From the NCBI RefSeq assembly GCF_009914755.1, contig NC_060936.1: a stretch of DNA of 64,000 nucleotides. One strand, written 5' to 3'. The notes under the pieces are model-generated. The model was not told the DNA's origin. It did no database searches and worked only from the letters and a program-made list of their open reading frames with translations. The position numbers were made by a program, and so were the translations under genes. Every line of letters begins with the position of its first letter. Within the stretch, counting starts at the first letter, position 1. This DNA is from the human T2T-CHM13v2.0 reference genome, Homo sapiens. Below, piece after piece: positions 41,537 through 55,719 of this stretch.

Positions 41537-42789
41537 TTATCCCATCCTGTACAAGTAAGTGCAGGATGAGGAAGACTTGACTTGTGAGGATACTTCCTAT
41601 GAAAATAACTTGAGGGGTCCGAGTTGCCCGCAAATCTAATATAACATGCATTATAGAAAACTATTACAAAATAGCCTATTTTTGTCCCTTTTTCTCTTTA
41701 GTAAAGTGCGGTGGAGCTATTCTTTTCCCTATTTGGATGAAATCTTGAGCCAGCCTCTAACATCACTGGTTATACTTAGATGGTAGCCCTGCAGTCACTT
41801 TAAATCACAAACACAATCTAATTTATAATGTAAAACATCCATGATTGTGTTATAATCAAAAGTTTGAGCCTGATTTAAAGTGGAAACACTCCTGCCTCCT
41901 CACTTCCATTGGCCAGAGCCTGTCTTTGTTAAGCTGTTTGCAGTGGGAGAGAGCCAGAAAAGAAAGAAGGGTCATGGAAAGACGTAAGGTACAAAGGACA
42001 TTTCTCCCCGATGGGTACTTTCGTAAGACGGTGATATATTCTCCAGGGAGCTACTGAAGGAGTGGAGCAGTTATTTGATGCTGACATGTTCTCTCATGGG
42101 ATCCTTTTAATTTCTGGGAACTCCCTCAAGACTTTCCAATGGTAACTCCCTTTTCATGGGCAGGCCTTTAGCATTGGTGGGTCTCCATCGTCCTCCCCAG
42201 CATTCCTGCCCTGGCTGGTATAGTCACTGTATCTGCAGTCTCCTTTCCCTGGCAGACCATGCACTTGAGGGGATCCCTTTAAGAACAACTCCAGGTTGAC
42301 ATCACAACCAGTTCTAGCCCCTGAGATCCAATTACCTTTAACCTGCTATTGGACAAGACAGGTGCAGTCACTTCTCAGGAGCAGCTCTCAGCTCTGTTGT
42401 TATCAGCTGTTTTACTTGTTCAATCCTGAGGTAGGGCTCAGTCCACAGGCCCAGGAACACCTGTTATACTCTCAGTGCTCTTGCCAAGCCCCTCTCACCT
42501 GACCTAGCACTGGCAGACAGCACCACTACACCCCTCCAGCTGTCAACTAAGAAAGTCTTTTGATAAATCCTCCCCAAATCCCACTCTTCTGGTCCTTTCA
42601 TATCCCTGCTCTGGGTAAAAGACAGCTGGGGATGGGGCTCATGAGAGCAACGGACCCAAATATTTTCTTTGTAAATTTCATTTTGAGCGTCTGTTATATC
42701 CAATATCCATCATATCTTGGTGCCATGGTCAAGAATTCCAATTAAACATCCTTTATACTCATATTGATTCCTATTATAGTCCTCTTAAC

Positions 42790-43610
42790 CACCTATTTGA
42801 TAGGCCTTAATAGCCACATTTTACAGATAGGAAAACTGAGGCACAGAGAGATTAAATATTTGCCCAAAGCGTGGCCATACAGCTTGTAAATTTGAGACAT
42901 GATACGAATCCAGAATCTTTTCTCCAGACTGTGCATCATATTGTTTGGATTAGCTGGTTTCATTGTATAGAAGAATCAATCTATCTATTACTTTTCCTTG
43001 AGAAAAGGGAGGGTAAAGCCAGTGTGGGGAGGGTGTTGCTGCTGTTCAACTGGAACCAAACATAATATTAAAATCCTTGGGTTTTAGTCAATGGCTACTT
43101 AAAAGCTCTCCCTTGTAGATTGTTATATCCTTTTGTGAGCAGAAGGAAAGCAGCTACATTTGTATGTCATTCTGCCAATTTATCTGTTATATTTATATGA
43201 CACATAAAGTATAATAATTAACATTTGGTGAGCATTCACTAAGTGCCATGCATTATTCTTGCCATGCATTAATCTGTTTTATCCAAATTCTTTCACTCTT
43301 TCCTCTTAACAACAGTAAGACAGTTTGTGTTGTTGTTTTCTCATCTTAAAGATAAAGAAGGAGGTCCCAGGAAAAACACTGGGAGAAAACACCAAAGACA
43401 GAAGAGCAGCATTCCTCTTTCTGTTCCACAATTTACTGGTACACAGAGTTTGCTAGACCAGTCACATAACTCCTTAGGGCCATATTTTCCTCATCTGTAA
43501 AACGGGAAAAATAATAACAGTCTTCTTTGCTTTGCAGGATCCTTGTGAGAGTCAAATGAGACAACAAGTGGGTACGTACTGCCCATATTCAAGCAAATAT
43601 TATCACTGTG
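42790..43610. mobile_element. Cluster of three MIR fragments (about 42790-42940 -, 43205-43360 -, 43400-43610 +)
   Basis: cattttacagataggaaaactgaggcacagagag; ttcctcatctgtaaaacggg. Confidence 0.75.
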
Positions 43611-44301
43611 CTATTCCTGAGACGACCATCCCATGAAAGGTTAATCTAAAACTTGCAGCTAAAACTACAAGTTAATCTTTAGCTGAGTGCCACATGACAA
43701 GGACCTCAGAAATGCTGTCCAACAGAGAGCAGCTAGTATACACACCAGAGGAGAGACTGTTTCCTAAAAATCACTTAAACAGAAGAAAAGCAACTTTAGA
43801 ATTAAAAAAGAGAAACTCAAAAATAGTTCTGCATTGCTGAGACAGAGCCAAGTTGGGGAACCTTTGGGAAACTTTTGTTTCTCTTGAGAACTGTTTGAAA
43901 ATGAGAGCCAGGTTGGGGGAAAAGGATAAGGCCACAAAAGACGAGCAGAGAGAGAAAAAAACACGAATTTGGGGAAAGCTAGCGTAAGAATACAGAAAAG
44001 TATTTTTTAAATCCACTCAAAAACTGACCAGAGATTTCAAGATATGATTGAATGTTTGCAAAATGCCCCATCTGCTTCATTCCACAGTCTAGAAGAGAAA
44101 TAATGGAAACTTTCTTCTCTTTTCCAACAAGACATAACAAAAGCAGAGCTGATGTAATTAATGAAAAAAAGATGGCTATTTGAAATAGTGAAGGCTCTGA
44201 ATAACAGAATGGAATGGAAATGAAGTCCACATTTAGGGACAATTCATTATTTATCTGCTGTACTTTTTATGCACACCGTGTTCTGCTAATTCTCTCTCCA
44301 G

Positions 44302-44322
44302 GGAGAATACCAAACCAGGTTA
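44302..44322 (+). other. Candidate 17/21-nt microexon
   Basis: ttctgctaattctctctccag|ggagaataccaaaccag|gtta|gtgagt. Confidence 0.2.
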
Positions 44323-46414
44323 GTGAGTGATACAAGCATGAGTAGTTAGAAGCTATGATATAAGCAGCGGGCAGATGGAGTTATTCCTTGAATATCAATT
44401 AGCATAGTCCATCCAAGTTGAAGACTCTGACAATTGAATACTTCAACTTAATGGATCTGTTTTCAAATTCCCTTTAATGGCCCTTCTGTGACCATAATAT
44501 CTACTTTTCCAGACATCCTAAGTAGAAACCATTATGGACAATATATGTAGAATTCTCTAAGGATAGCATATGGAGGGGAGAATGTGAGTTGCCAAATTTA
44601 GCAGCTCTAGAGAGAATGTTTTTGAATTAAACCTGAATCTATGGGGATTACAGTTCATTTATGACTGACAAAACATATCTTCCCAATTCTGAAAGATAAA
44701 TCCCACTGATATACACGTGGATTTCACAGGGTTTCTCAAAAACTATAAGGAAAAAAAAAAATCCTTTCCACAAAATGCAGTTCTATAACTATTTTGGAAT
44801 TATGGTAAGTCACATGTTCTTTTTGCAGTTTTCCTCAGGTTAAATGAGGAATTTTCTAAGTACTGTGCCAACTGTACTTACAACCTGAGTAAGCTCAGAT
44901 CAGAAGATTCATCCCTTACATATTAGAGTAAGATCTTTGTTTTGAAAGAAGAGAGGAAGACTGAAATGCAGTGGCTATGGGCTTTAGGATTTTAAAAATA
45001 AGTAAAATTTCAAAAGTATGAGAGATGGGACTGAAAACATTGTCAAGTTTTTCTTTTGCTGAATAAGATCAGTTTTAATTTTAATTTTTTAAATCAATTT
45101 TAATATTACTCTATTTTTCTTTTCATAAAGATGATTGACAGTACAAAAGTTTGAAGTTCAAAGTGCAGGTCTTTAAATTTAATGTACTTAGCTTCATGAA
45201 AAATTATCTTCATTTATCATAGTGTTCTAATTTCACTGTGGACCAGTGAAAATATTGTGGCAAACCAGCGCTGGTCTGCAGAACCACAACCGAAAACCTC
45301 TAGCCTGATTCACTTTGTTAACATGAGCTAGTTCTCTACCCTAAGCAGCCATTAAAATCTAACTCAAAAGCTTCCAATGTCTAACTAAACAGCAAATACC
45401 TGTAATTTAGGACAAAATGATTAAATCTTTCAGTGAATATTTGCATTTGTTGGAAAATGGTGTTTTATTTTGTACCCATTTAATAAATTCTTTGGAATAA
45501 AATTTCATTTTTTTCTTACTACATTCAAGGACCCGGCATAGCTAGGATTTTACCAAGCTTTGAGTAGTTCGTATCGTAAATATTAACATGTTTTGAAACG
45601 TTAGCAAGACTTCTAATTTACAAGTGGAGATCACTCTTAATTCCAGCTTTCCTTTTTTTCATTCTGAATGAAAAACCTCTTAAGTATCAGATTTTTTTTT
45701 TACAGGTTAAACCAAACCATGAACTCCATGAAACTACTAAGATTCCTTGTTTTGTTGGCTTCGTCTTGAGTTAAATGTCTAATAATAAATGGTCATTGAG
45801 CAGACACTTAAGAATCCTTTTATTCAGCGATTTTGATATTTTAAAAAGAGATTGGTCTGTTATGAAAAAAGAACTTAGTTTTATTTTTGCTGGTTGAGCA
45901 GCTTTCCACTGAAAATGAAAGGCTAAAAATTTAGTTTTTTGCCTCTACTGAACTTGGAAAACCTAGATTTAGGATACTTACATTCAAGTACACTTTGTTC
46001 TTTTTCCTATCCTTTTGAAAATTAATATTAATACTCTGACATTTTTAGGAGAAAGAATTAGTTAAGTCTTCCCTCTGGCAAAACTATCAGGCAATCTTCT
46101 CCAGCATTCAATTCCTTAAGGGCATGGAAGGAGGTGTCTTTAATTTTTTTACTCCTTACCCTGTTACTCTGAAACTTAATGCGTGCTTAAATTCCATCCA
46201 TCTGAATTTAGCCTAAGACCTAAAACAGGTAAAACACACATCAAAATAATTTTGCCCATGTTAAATTAATCTGAATCCTGTAAAGTTAGACTAGGGGAAG
46301 TGCTGATGGAGAAAATCACTTTTTTTTTTAACTGATATCACTTCTGGAGTATTTGAATGTTTTTACAACAGGTTTGTGTTTCTTTTGATTATAAGTAAAA
46401 TCCTACCAAACATT

Positions 46415-46560
46415 GTTTATTTTTATTTTACTGTGAAATGAATACTTACTATGAGATGTACCCTCTTAGATTTTTAAGTACACAATACCATATTGTTAAC
46501 TATAGGCACTATGATATACCGAAGGTCTCTAGAATTCATTTACTTTGCATAACTGCAACT
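46415..46560 (-). mobile_element. L1MA9-like 3' fragment
   Basis: atgagatgtaccctcttagatttttaagtacacaatac...ttaactataggcactatg. Confidence 0.75.
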
Positions 46561-46847
46561 TCAGGCATTGCTTTTGAAATCTGAAATACGTGTTCTGATG
46601 ACTCTATAGCAACCATGATTTTATTCTCAAAAAATAAATACAGATGAGGGTAAAAACCAAAACACATTTCTTGAACTAAAGAAATTATTAAATGTAGACC
46701 TTCAAACCGCGTTAAAACCAGCAAGAGTTTGTTATTTTTCTTAAACATTTAATTTTCAATGCATTCTGGTTATTTTCTCCTACGCATCTTAGAGAAGAGG
46801 TTATTTGCTGAAATTGTCAATGCGGCTTTGGCTACATTATCTGATAA

Positions 46848-46862
46848 CCAGTAGAGGTCGCC
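46848..46862 (+). promoter_or_regulatory. Candidate CTCF site
   Basis: ccagtagaggtcgcc fits the CTCF core CCASYAGRKGGCRS with one substitution; lies in unique DNA with locally retained CpGs. Confidence 0.55.
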
Positions 46863-47894
46863 ACCTACCACATTGTAGCAAGTCAGGGAGAGGAAAAAAA
46901 ATTATGAATGTTTGGTTAGTAAAAATGCACAGAGGTCAGAAGTTTTCAATATGAAGCTTTCCTCTTGAAAGCTTTGCATAATTGAACCAATATTCAAGTG
47001 AGAGGAAAAAAGAATAAATAAAAATAATGGATCCAAGATGTTGGTGTTACAGAACTTCAAAAAACAGAATTTCTTAGAAATTACATAAAAATTCTTCTAG
47101 TTGACTTAGTTAATACAAATTATTCTTCATGTCAAAACATTGGAAAGAAACCTCAAAATGTTATCAAATCTGAACATAATAAAATGTATACATTTGTAAA
47201 ATGGCATTGTGGTCTCTTTCTACTAGTATGTGTTTGGAACCCCTAAGCATCTCAAATTTTTGGTTTTGACCTCACATATTCTGTGACTTTCATTCTGTGT
47301 TTTAATTTTTCTTAATTTATTAGTTGTATCTACTGCACAGTGAAAATTAACCTGTCATAGTGTTAAAGTGGCCTGTGGTTATCACAACTGAAAAGAGCAC
47401 ATTGAAGCTTTAGTATATAATTACTGCTACTTGGTTTCCCAAAAGAAGTTTAAAGTTTAACTTATTTTCTTTAAGTCATAATTAAACTGAGAAGAAAAGA
47501 CTTCTTTTTTATAGTTTGGAGGGAGAATCTATGTATATCTTGACATAAGAAAATATCTTCCCTTTAGAAGAGGGAATAAACGTATGCTTGATAATTTAGA
47601 ATGTGCAAATGGGTAGTGATAGGCAATTCAAACAACGGAAGGCTTTTCCAATAAACAAAATGTTTTTAAAAATAGAAATGGTTATTTCAGAAGTTCAGAT
47701 GGTGAGCTTACCATCACTAGAAATGTTTGCATGGATGGATAATTAGTGAGATGTGGTGAGAATCTTGGTAAGAATGTGTTAGGAATTTGAATACTCAGGT
47801 TTGAGGGGGAAGCTTTACTAGATTTCTAAGAAAGATCATGTGTAATTTTTAGGGTTTTTTGTTTTAAATTGATAACAGTGTTATTGATAAAATT

Positions 47895-48270
47895 ATGTTG
47901 CATTAGGATAATGCTACGTTAACAAATACATCTAAACATTAGAGTGGATTAGCACAACTGTTTATTTCAAACTCATGCACTATTCCTTGCTGTTATTAAT
48001 GGTTGGTGGATGACTCTCCTTTATACGGAGATTCAGGGACCCTGGTCTTTATCCGTTTTGTGGCTCTGCCATCTCCTAGGCCATTGAAGTACTTTGCCTC
48101 CACCCAGCAGAAAGGGAAAGAAACAAAAGAGAATGAACATCTAATTCTTAAACTGGAAATAACACACTTACTTCTGCTTATATTCCATTGCAGAAAGCTA
48201 GTTAGATGACCCCTCATGGATTGAGAGAGAAAAGAAAGCACAAATATTGATACTCAGTTGCTTTCTTTAC
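47895..48270 (-). mobile_element. Old MLT1 LTR
   Basis: ggataatgctacgttaacaaa...ggagattcagggaccc...cttctgcttatattccattg. Confidence 0.7.
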
Positions 48271-48467
48271 CACTGTCCTCCCTCTGACAACTGAACATTT
48301 GTGCACATCCTTTTTCTTACACATGTATTATCTCTACAAAGAAGTCAACTCAGAGTTATATTTAGTAACTTGATCCAACTAAAAGTCCAGAAAATCTGGG
48401 TGATACCTATCCCCTCCATCAGGTCTGGGTGTGACACCTTATAATCTAGTGACTATTTCCTAAAGTA

Positions 48468-48920
48468 TATTGCACCAGTGGCCAAAACCTTAATCATTCC
48501 TTATATCCACATTCTTTGCCATGTAACTCAGTGTCCACTCCCTATGCATATAGCAGTGTTCCCCCAGCCTTTTACTCTGGTCTCAGCCAGGTGACTTGCT
48601 TTGATCAAAGGAATATTAGCAGATAAGATGTAAGCAGAAGCTTGCCCTCTACTTTCAACATAAGAACATGCTTATGTCTAGTCCACAGAAGGATGAAAGA
48701 CATACAAAGCAAAGCCAGTTGCCTCAGCCAAGGCATCCTCGGTTAGTTGACAGCCAGCCATCCTCCAGATAGATGAGTGATCTAAGCCAAGATGGAGCTG
48801 CCTGGCTAAACCCCAGCTGATTCTAGACATGTGAACAATAAATGCTTAATGTTGTATGACACTTAGGGTTTTGCAATTGTTTATTATGCAGGCTTATTGT
48901 GGTCATAGATAACTGATACA
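48468..48920 (+). mobile_element. Old MLT1 (H/I/J-like) LTR
   Basis: gtgacttgctttgatcaaagg...aataaatgcttaatgttgtatg...gataactgataca. Confidence 0.8.
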
Positions 48921-49569
48921 TGTACCAAACAAGACTCTCAACTCTTAGTGAGCAGAAATTTACTTGGTTTCATTTTCTACATAAAATATAATGCTATACT
49001 TTCTCATACTGGAATGCAAACTTTGTTGAGTTCATTTTAATACGTAGCAAGGTTAAGCTAGATAAAATGTTGTAAATATTGTGAAACATAAGCATGAATT
49101 AATTTTTATATCTTTATAGCACTTTTAACTTTTCAAACCACTTTCAGATGTCCTTTCACTTGATTTTCACAGCAACTTTGATAGAAGGAAAAGTAGATTC
49201 CTGTATTCCTAACTACCAAATCTCAGTGACTAAGTTACTACCCCAATTACAACTGGCTAATGACAGAAGAAAATCAAACACACTGGAATCCATCTCTCCT
49301 GCCTTCCAGAATGTACTCCCATTGCTGAATAGGCCTTCATTAGAGAAGTAAGGAGACAACAGTTTTTCCATAGCTATTGTATGATAAACATGATCATAAC
49401 ACTCTTACCTCATTACTGGATATTTTCAAGGTTAAGATTTACTCCTTCAGAAGTCTCTGAATTATGCCTATTCTCTCTAATGAAATGCTTTCCCCAATAT
49501 TTTCTACTAAAGGATCTGCAGAACTGATCAGTAAACACGAATTGGATGTAAAGAAATTCTTACCTGTAG

Positions 49570-49790
49570 CAGAGTTTCACAACCTCAGCACTATTGATGT
49601 TTGGGCTAGATAATTATCTGTTGTGGGAGTCTTGCCTGTTTATATTCAGTAGCAACCCTGACTTGTACCCACTAGATTCCAGTAACATTGCCCCAGTTGT
49701 GGCAAACAAAAATGTCTCTGGACGTTGCCAATTATCACCCCCTAGAGTGATATTCATCCCCTCTTCCATTCAGAAACATGGGCAAATTAA
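49570..49790 (+). mobile_element. MER20
   Basis: cagagtttcacaacctcagcactattgatgtttgggctagataatt...acccactagattccagtaac...caaaaatgtctctggac. Confidence 0.88.
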
Positions 49791-50524
49791 ATACAACTAG
49801 GATTTTGCGTGTCAGATTCTTAGAAGATGAGAGCTGAACATAAGGAATCAGTTTGTGCAAACTTTTCATTTTATAAAATTTTATATTTCTATTTTCACTT
49901 TGTAAGGAAGAAAAGTACACCCAAACAGTTATTCAAAGCTACAAAACTGGTTAATACTATGTCTTTTGACACACTATTGAATTATTTCATATTTTATTTA
50001 TCTGTTCCCCTTTACTCTGCAAATAAAATTAAGGGACTTTGGATAGACTGTGCAACTTCTAATTCCTGTTCTAGGTCCAAGTATTGACTTAGTGGCCTGC
50101 TTTCGGGTTTCTGTAGAAGCCTCATCCTACCCAGGTAATGCCACACACATATCCTTACCTGACTTATCTTCTCTGCCTCTTCAAGTTACCCACAAACCTG
50201 ACTATCTTTACTACTATCCCCCTGCCAGGCCCTGGTGCAGTCTTTTCTCCTTGTCTCATCTTTCTGGCTGACACTTTAAGGTCCAGTTCTCAATTGTTCT
50301 CAAGGCTCTGATTTCTTCGACCTAGCCTAGATATTCTTTTTGTCCTTTTCTTCTTTTAGGTCTTCCTTAAAAACATCCTTTACCATTCAATAATTCTAGT
50401 CCTTTAGATATCAATTGTCTGAAGGCAAAACCTACTCAACCCAAGAGGTCCTTTTCAACACCGAATGGGTATATCTACTTTTCATTATTGCCTCCTTCCC
50501 AAATTTTTATTTATGTACTCATGA

Positions 50525-50836
<312 letters not shown>

Positions 50837-51410
50837 ATATTTATACCTTTAAAAGAGCAATTATAAGTTTTTTCTTGGAAGTATCCATTGCCCTATTATA
50901 AAATTGCCTAAATGTTATGTTTCAGCACGCCAGTCTTTTATTCTCACTTCTTACCTGGAGTGGCCCCCGAATTTCATCATCGTTTTAGGACACAGGGTGT
51001 ATTTTGCTACTACTTTCCCATCTTTAAAACAAGTAAGTGGACAAAACTAAATAGCTCCCCATCAAAATATAGATTAATAAATTCAGTCCTCTGGGCATGT
51101 TGCTTTATGAAATTGGTAGAAAAAAAATATTTGATAAGGAAGCCAAACTTCAATAAAAAGCCTATAATTAAAAAGCTTCCTATCACAGTATTCAAAGAGA
51201 CAAATACCATTTATTTGTATTCAGGAAACTGACTTCTTTCATTTCAGCCCATCAAGAATATAATCTGATTTCAAATGATTATGTATTAACCTATGGTAAA
51301 GAATTGCTATTCTTTTGAGTAAAGAGGGAAAAAAATAGCATCCCATAAAGTATACAGGTAAAAGGCATTTGGAAACTGTGTATTCTTTTCACTTACTTGA
51401 GGAATGGTTA

Positions 51411-52649
<1,239 letters not shown>

Positions 52650-53446
52650 AAAAATCTCTGCTGAGATTTAATTGTGCAAATATAACCAGAAAAGAATTAT
52701 AAGTACGGATGCAATTTGATTCTGCCATAGACCCAGGTGTTGAGCAACTTTTACTCTAGCAGGTATCTAAAAAAGGAGGTGAGTCCTCCAAGATCTATAA
52801 AAATGAGGCATAAGGGCATGGGTTTTTTGTGAAGTTCTGAATATTCCATTAGCATGTAATAAGTGTTAATAAATATCATCTGTAAAGTTTAAAGTGTTCA
52901 TTCTCAACTCTGATTTCAAATTATGTACTTCATATGGTTGCTTGATTTCAGGAAAAGTAATTTCCAAGCTTGATCTGATACTTTTGGCTGAAGTATAACA
53001 TCTAGGCAATTTCCTCTGTTGGAAAGGAGCCATTTTTATACTTAGCATATAAACAAATTATTTTTAGCGAAGGCTTCTTTTTAAAAATTTGTTCATAGCT
53101 GTATGTTGTAAAGATAACTACCAGTGAGTATTTGTATTTTTACTGAACATAGTGTCTAGATCTAGGAAAACACAAAGTGAAGTGATAGTTTGATGGTTAT
53201 CAAGTGAATTTATGTTCTGGTTGTGGTTTTGTAATCACTTTCCTGTGCAAATACACAACCAGAATGCAAATTCTGGTTGTGGTCTAAGACCTCGTAATGC
53301 TTCATGAAAACAGAATGGTCAAGTATTATACATTTATTCTCATTCCTTATTTACCCGTAGATATTTGCAAGATAAATATATGGAAGACGTATCAGGAAGA
53401 GGTCTCTGATTCCTTCCTCTCAGTGGCTGTTATACAGAAGAAGGGC

Positions 53447-54008
53447 AAATCAGTTATCCATTGTCACAATAATGCTGCATAAAAAACACAGCACTTCAGT
53501 GGAACATACAATAATAAACATGAACTTATGAGTATACGGATTGACTGGTTGGTTCTGAAGTTCTGAGCTGGGCTCTGATGATCTCAACTGCGTCACTTAT
53601 GCTTCTATAGCCAAATGGAAGGTCAGCTATGCTTCTGCATAGCATATTACATCCAACCAAGTAAAGTGATCTAGGATGGCCCCATCAGGGAAAACTCTGC
53701 CCACCACCAAGTTTTCCTCATTTCCCTTTAACAGGCTAACCAGACTTGTTTTCATGGTGGTGGCGAGAATCCAAGAGCGTGAGTTATAAGTGTACAAGGC
53801 CATTTGAGGTCTAGGACCAGAACTGAATTTCTTTTATTTGTGACATATTCTTTTGTTCAAAACAAGCCATAGGCTACCCCAGAGAGAGTTAAAGGCTGGG
53901 AAACACACTCCATATCTTAATGGAAGGAACTGGAATGTCACATCTCATAGTGAGTAGATACAGAAAGGGTTGGAAGTTAGGATATTTTTGCAATCAGTAC
54001 ACCATATA
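53447..54008 (-). mobile_element. MLT1 (F/G/H-like) LTR
   Basis: cagttatccattgtcacaataatgctgcataa...aatggaaggaactgg...tttttgcaatc. Confidence 0.8.
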
Positions 54009-54404
54009 GAACTTAGGCCAACAATCTTTGCGGGGGACTATGTCTTAAAGCTGCATTTTGCACAGCAAGCACTCTGTTTTTATTTAGATTGTACATAATA
54101 TGAATGGTGGTGTGATGCTATCTTTTTAGTGCTATCACGGTTGACACTATTTGGTATCATAAAGCACAGTGGAAATATCAGATAAACCAGTTCAAGTTTT
54201 TGGTATATTTTAATGGTTTAGAACTTCATTTACCTCAGTAGGTGTCTCCACTTACCACTAGCCTAATGTCGTGAAATCCTCCCTTCGATTTGTTCTGTGT
54301 ACATAAAAGTGAGGACTTTTAAACAAGTTTTCCATGGAGATTATAATTAATGTCCCTATTTGACTTATTTGTATATATGCACACCCCTATCACTAATTGT
54401 CCTT

Positions 54405-54690
54405 GTGTAACCGAATGCAGTTTCAACTTCTCTCTGCTTGTAAAACTGAGTAACAAAGAAGAGATGCGGCAGAAGGCAAGTGACTTTACTTCCCAAGCTA
54501 GCAGTGGGGAAATGGTCTAGGCTTCCTGCCTTAAAGAAATCATTTCAAATTTGGGGGCAGAAATCTAGCATTTAAAAAGGGAAGCTTCATATGAAGGGAA
54601 TGCAAGAGGGGAGAGGAGGTACAGGAACACATCACTTACTCCAATGCTTCAGCTTGAGTTATTGTCCCATTTGGTGAATGAGGTGGTATG
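54405..54690 (-). mobile_element. ERV1 (MER4-group) LTR fragment
   Basis: tgtaaccgaatgcag...gactttacttcccaagctagcagtgggg. Confidence 0.55.
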
Positions 54691-54693
54691 GAA

Positions 54694-54709
54694 TTTCTCT
54701 CTCTCTCTG

Positions 54710-54750
<41 letters not shown>

Positions 54751-54772
54751 TCCCTCTCTCCCCTTTTCTCTT
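54694..54772 (+). repeat. (CT)n-rich microsatellite
   Basis: Seen directly; explains the ER-repeat ORF 54649-54975. Confidence 0.92.
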
Positions 54773-54929
54773 CTATCAGTTATACATTCATCCTTTTTAT
54801 AATAGCAGCACTTTGATTTTTCTATAGGAAATTGCCCCTCCTTCTTTTCAGGAATAAAGTTAGAGGTGTTTGTCCTTGCCTTTGCCCTTGTCCCCATCCT
54901 CATTCTGCAGGACCACCTTATGGGGTAGG

Positions 54930-55088
54930 TTGGTGAGGTTGTAACTGAGGTGTGCCACTTCACCCTTTGCAGCATTCTTTCTTCCTATTAAACATTTCTT
55001 TTTCAAATCTATACTGTTGTCGGTAAATTCTTACGAACCGGCAAGTCGACCACTTCCTGATGCCGGGGTTCTGACACCTCGCCCAGCA
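54930..55088 (+). mobile_element. ERV1 LTR 3' end
   Basis: attaaa signal, then gtcggtaaattctt...gtcgaccacttcctgatgccggggttctgacacctcgcccagca ending in CA. Confidence 0.6.
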
Positions 55089-55364
55089 ATTGGAAATGTT
55101 TTCTATCTCTTAAAATTGGAGAACAATAAAATATATATCCCTTACATTTTACTACATATTTATTTTTCCTCACTTGCAAAAATTTGCAGAATGTTACTCT
55201 CACTCTAAGTTCTTATCTGAGGAATGTAATTAAAAATTCTTACTTTTAAAAAATCAAAAAGATACTGAACATTTGGATAAGTGAACAGTCATAGGAGGTG
55301 CCTGAGTGGGGATAGTGGTGGAGCATATAGTATTTGTTCATATCTGTTGACAGTAAAAAGAAGC

Positions 55365-55580
55365 TAAAAATAGTAGAAAGAGCATAATCTTTGAAGTTAG
55401 ACAGACCAGGGTGCTAATTCTAGGTCAGCTGTTTACTAGCTCATGGCCTTAGCAAAATCACTATTTCTTAATCTTAAAATGTAATATATAACATTCTTCA
55501 TACCAATTCTAATGAGAATTAGAGATAATAGGTAAAGTACTTGCCATGTTGTAGATGTTCAATAATTTATAGATACTATC
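55365..55580 (+). mobile_element. MIR
   Basis: ctttgaagttagacagaccaggg...tttactagct...gagaattagagataat. Confidence 0.7.
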
Positions 55581-55719
55581 ATTACACATGTAAGTAGTAA
55601 ATAAATTAACTTTACCTTAAGAGAGGGCTAGACTTTGTTTCCACTTGACTCTTGGGAGAAAACATCTGAACTGGAAATTCTTAAGTGATAGGAATGTCTT
55701 TGTTTTTCACAGTGGATCC

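Noticed and set aside
42060-42720. GC-richer block as possible exon or promoter
   Set aside because: No CpG enrichment or credible ORF; may be an ancient LTR relic but I cannot assign it
44781-44810. 24-nt segment between tgcag and ATG|GTAAGT
   Set aside because: Weak polypyrimidine tract; GTAAGT is expected many times by chance in 64 kb
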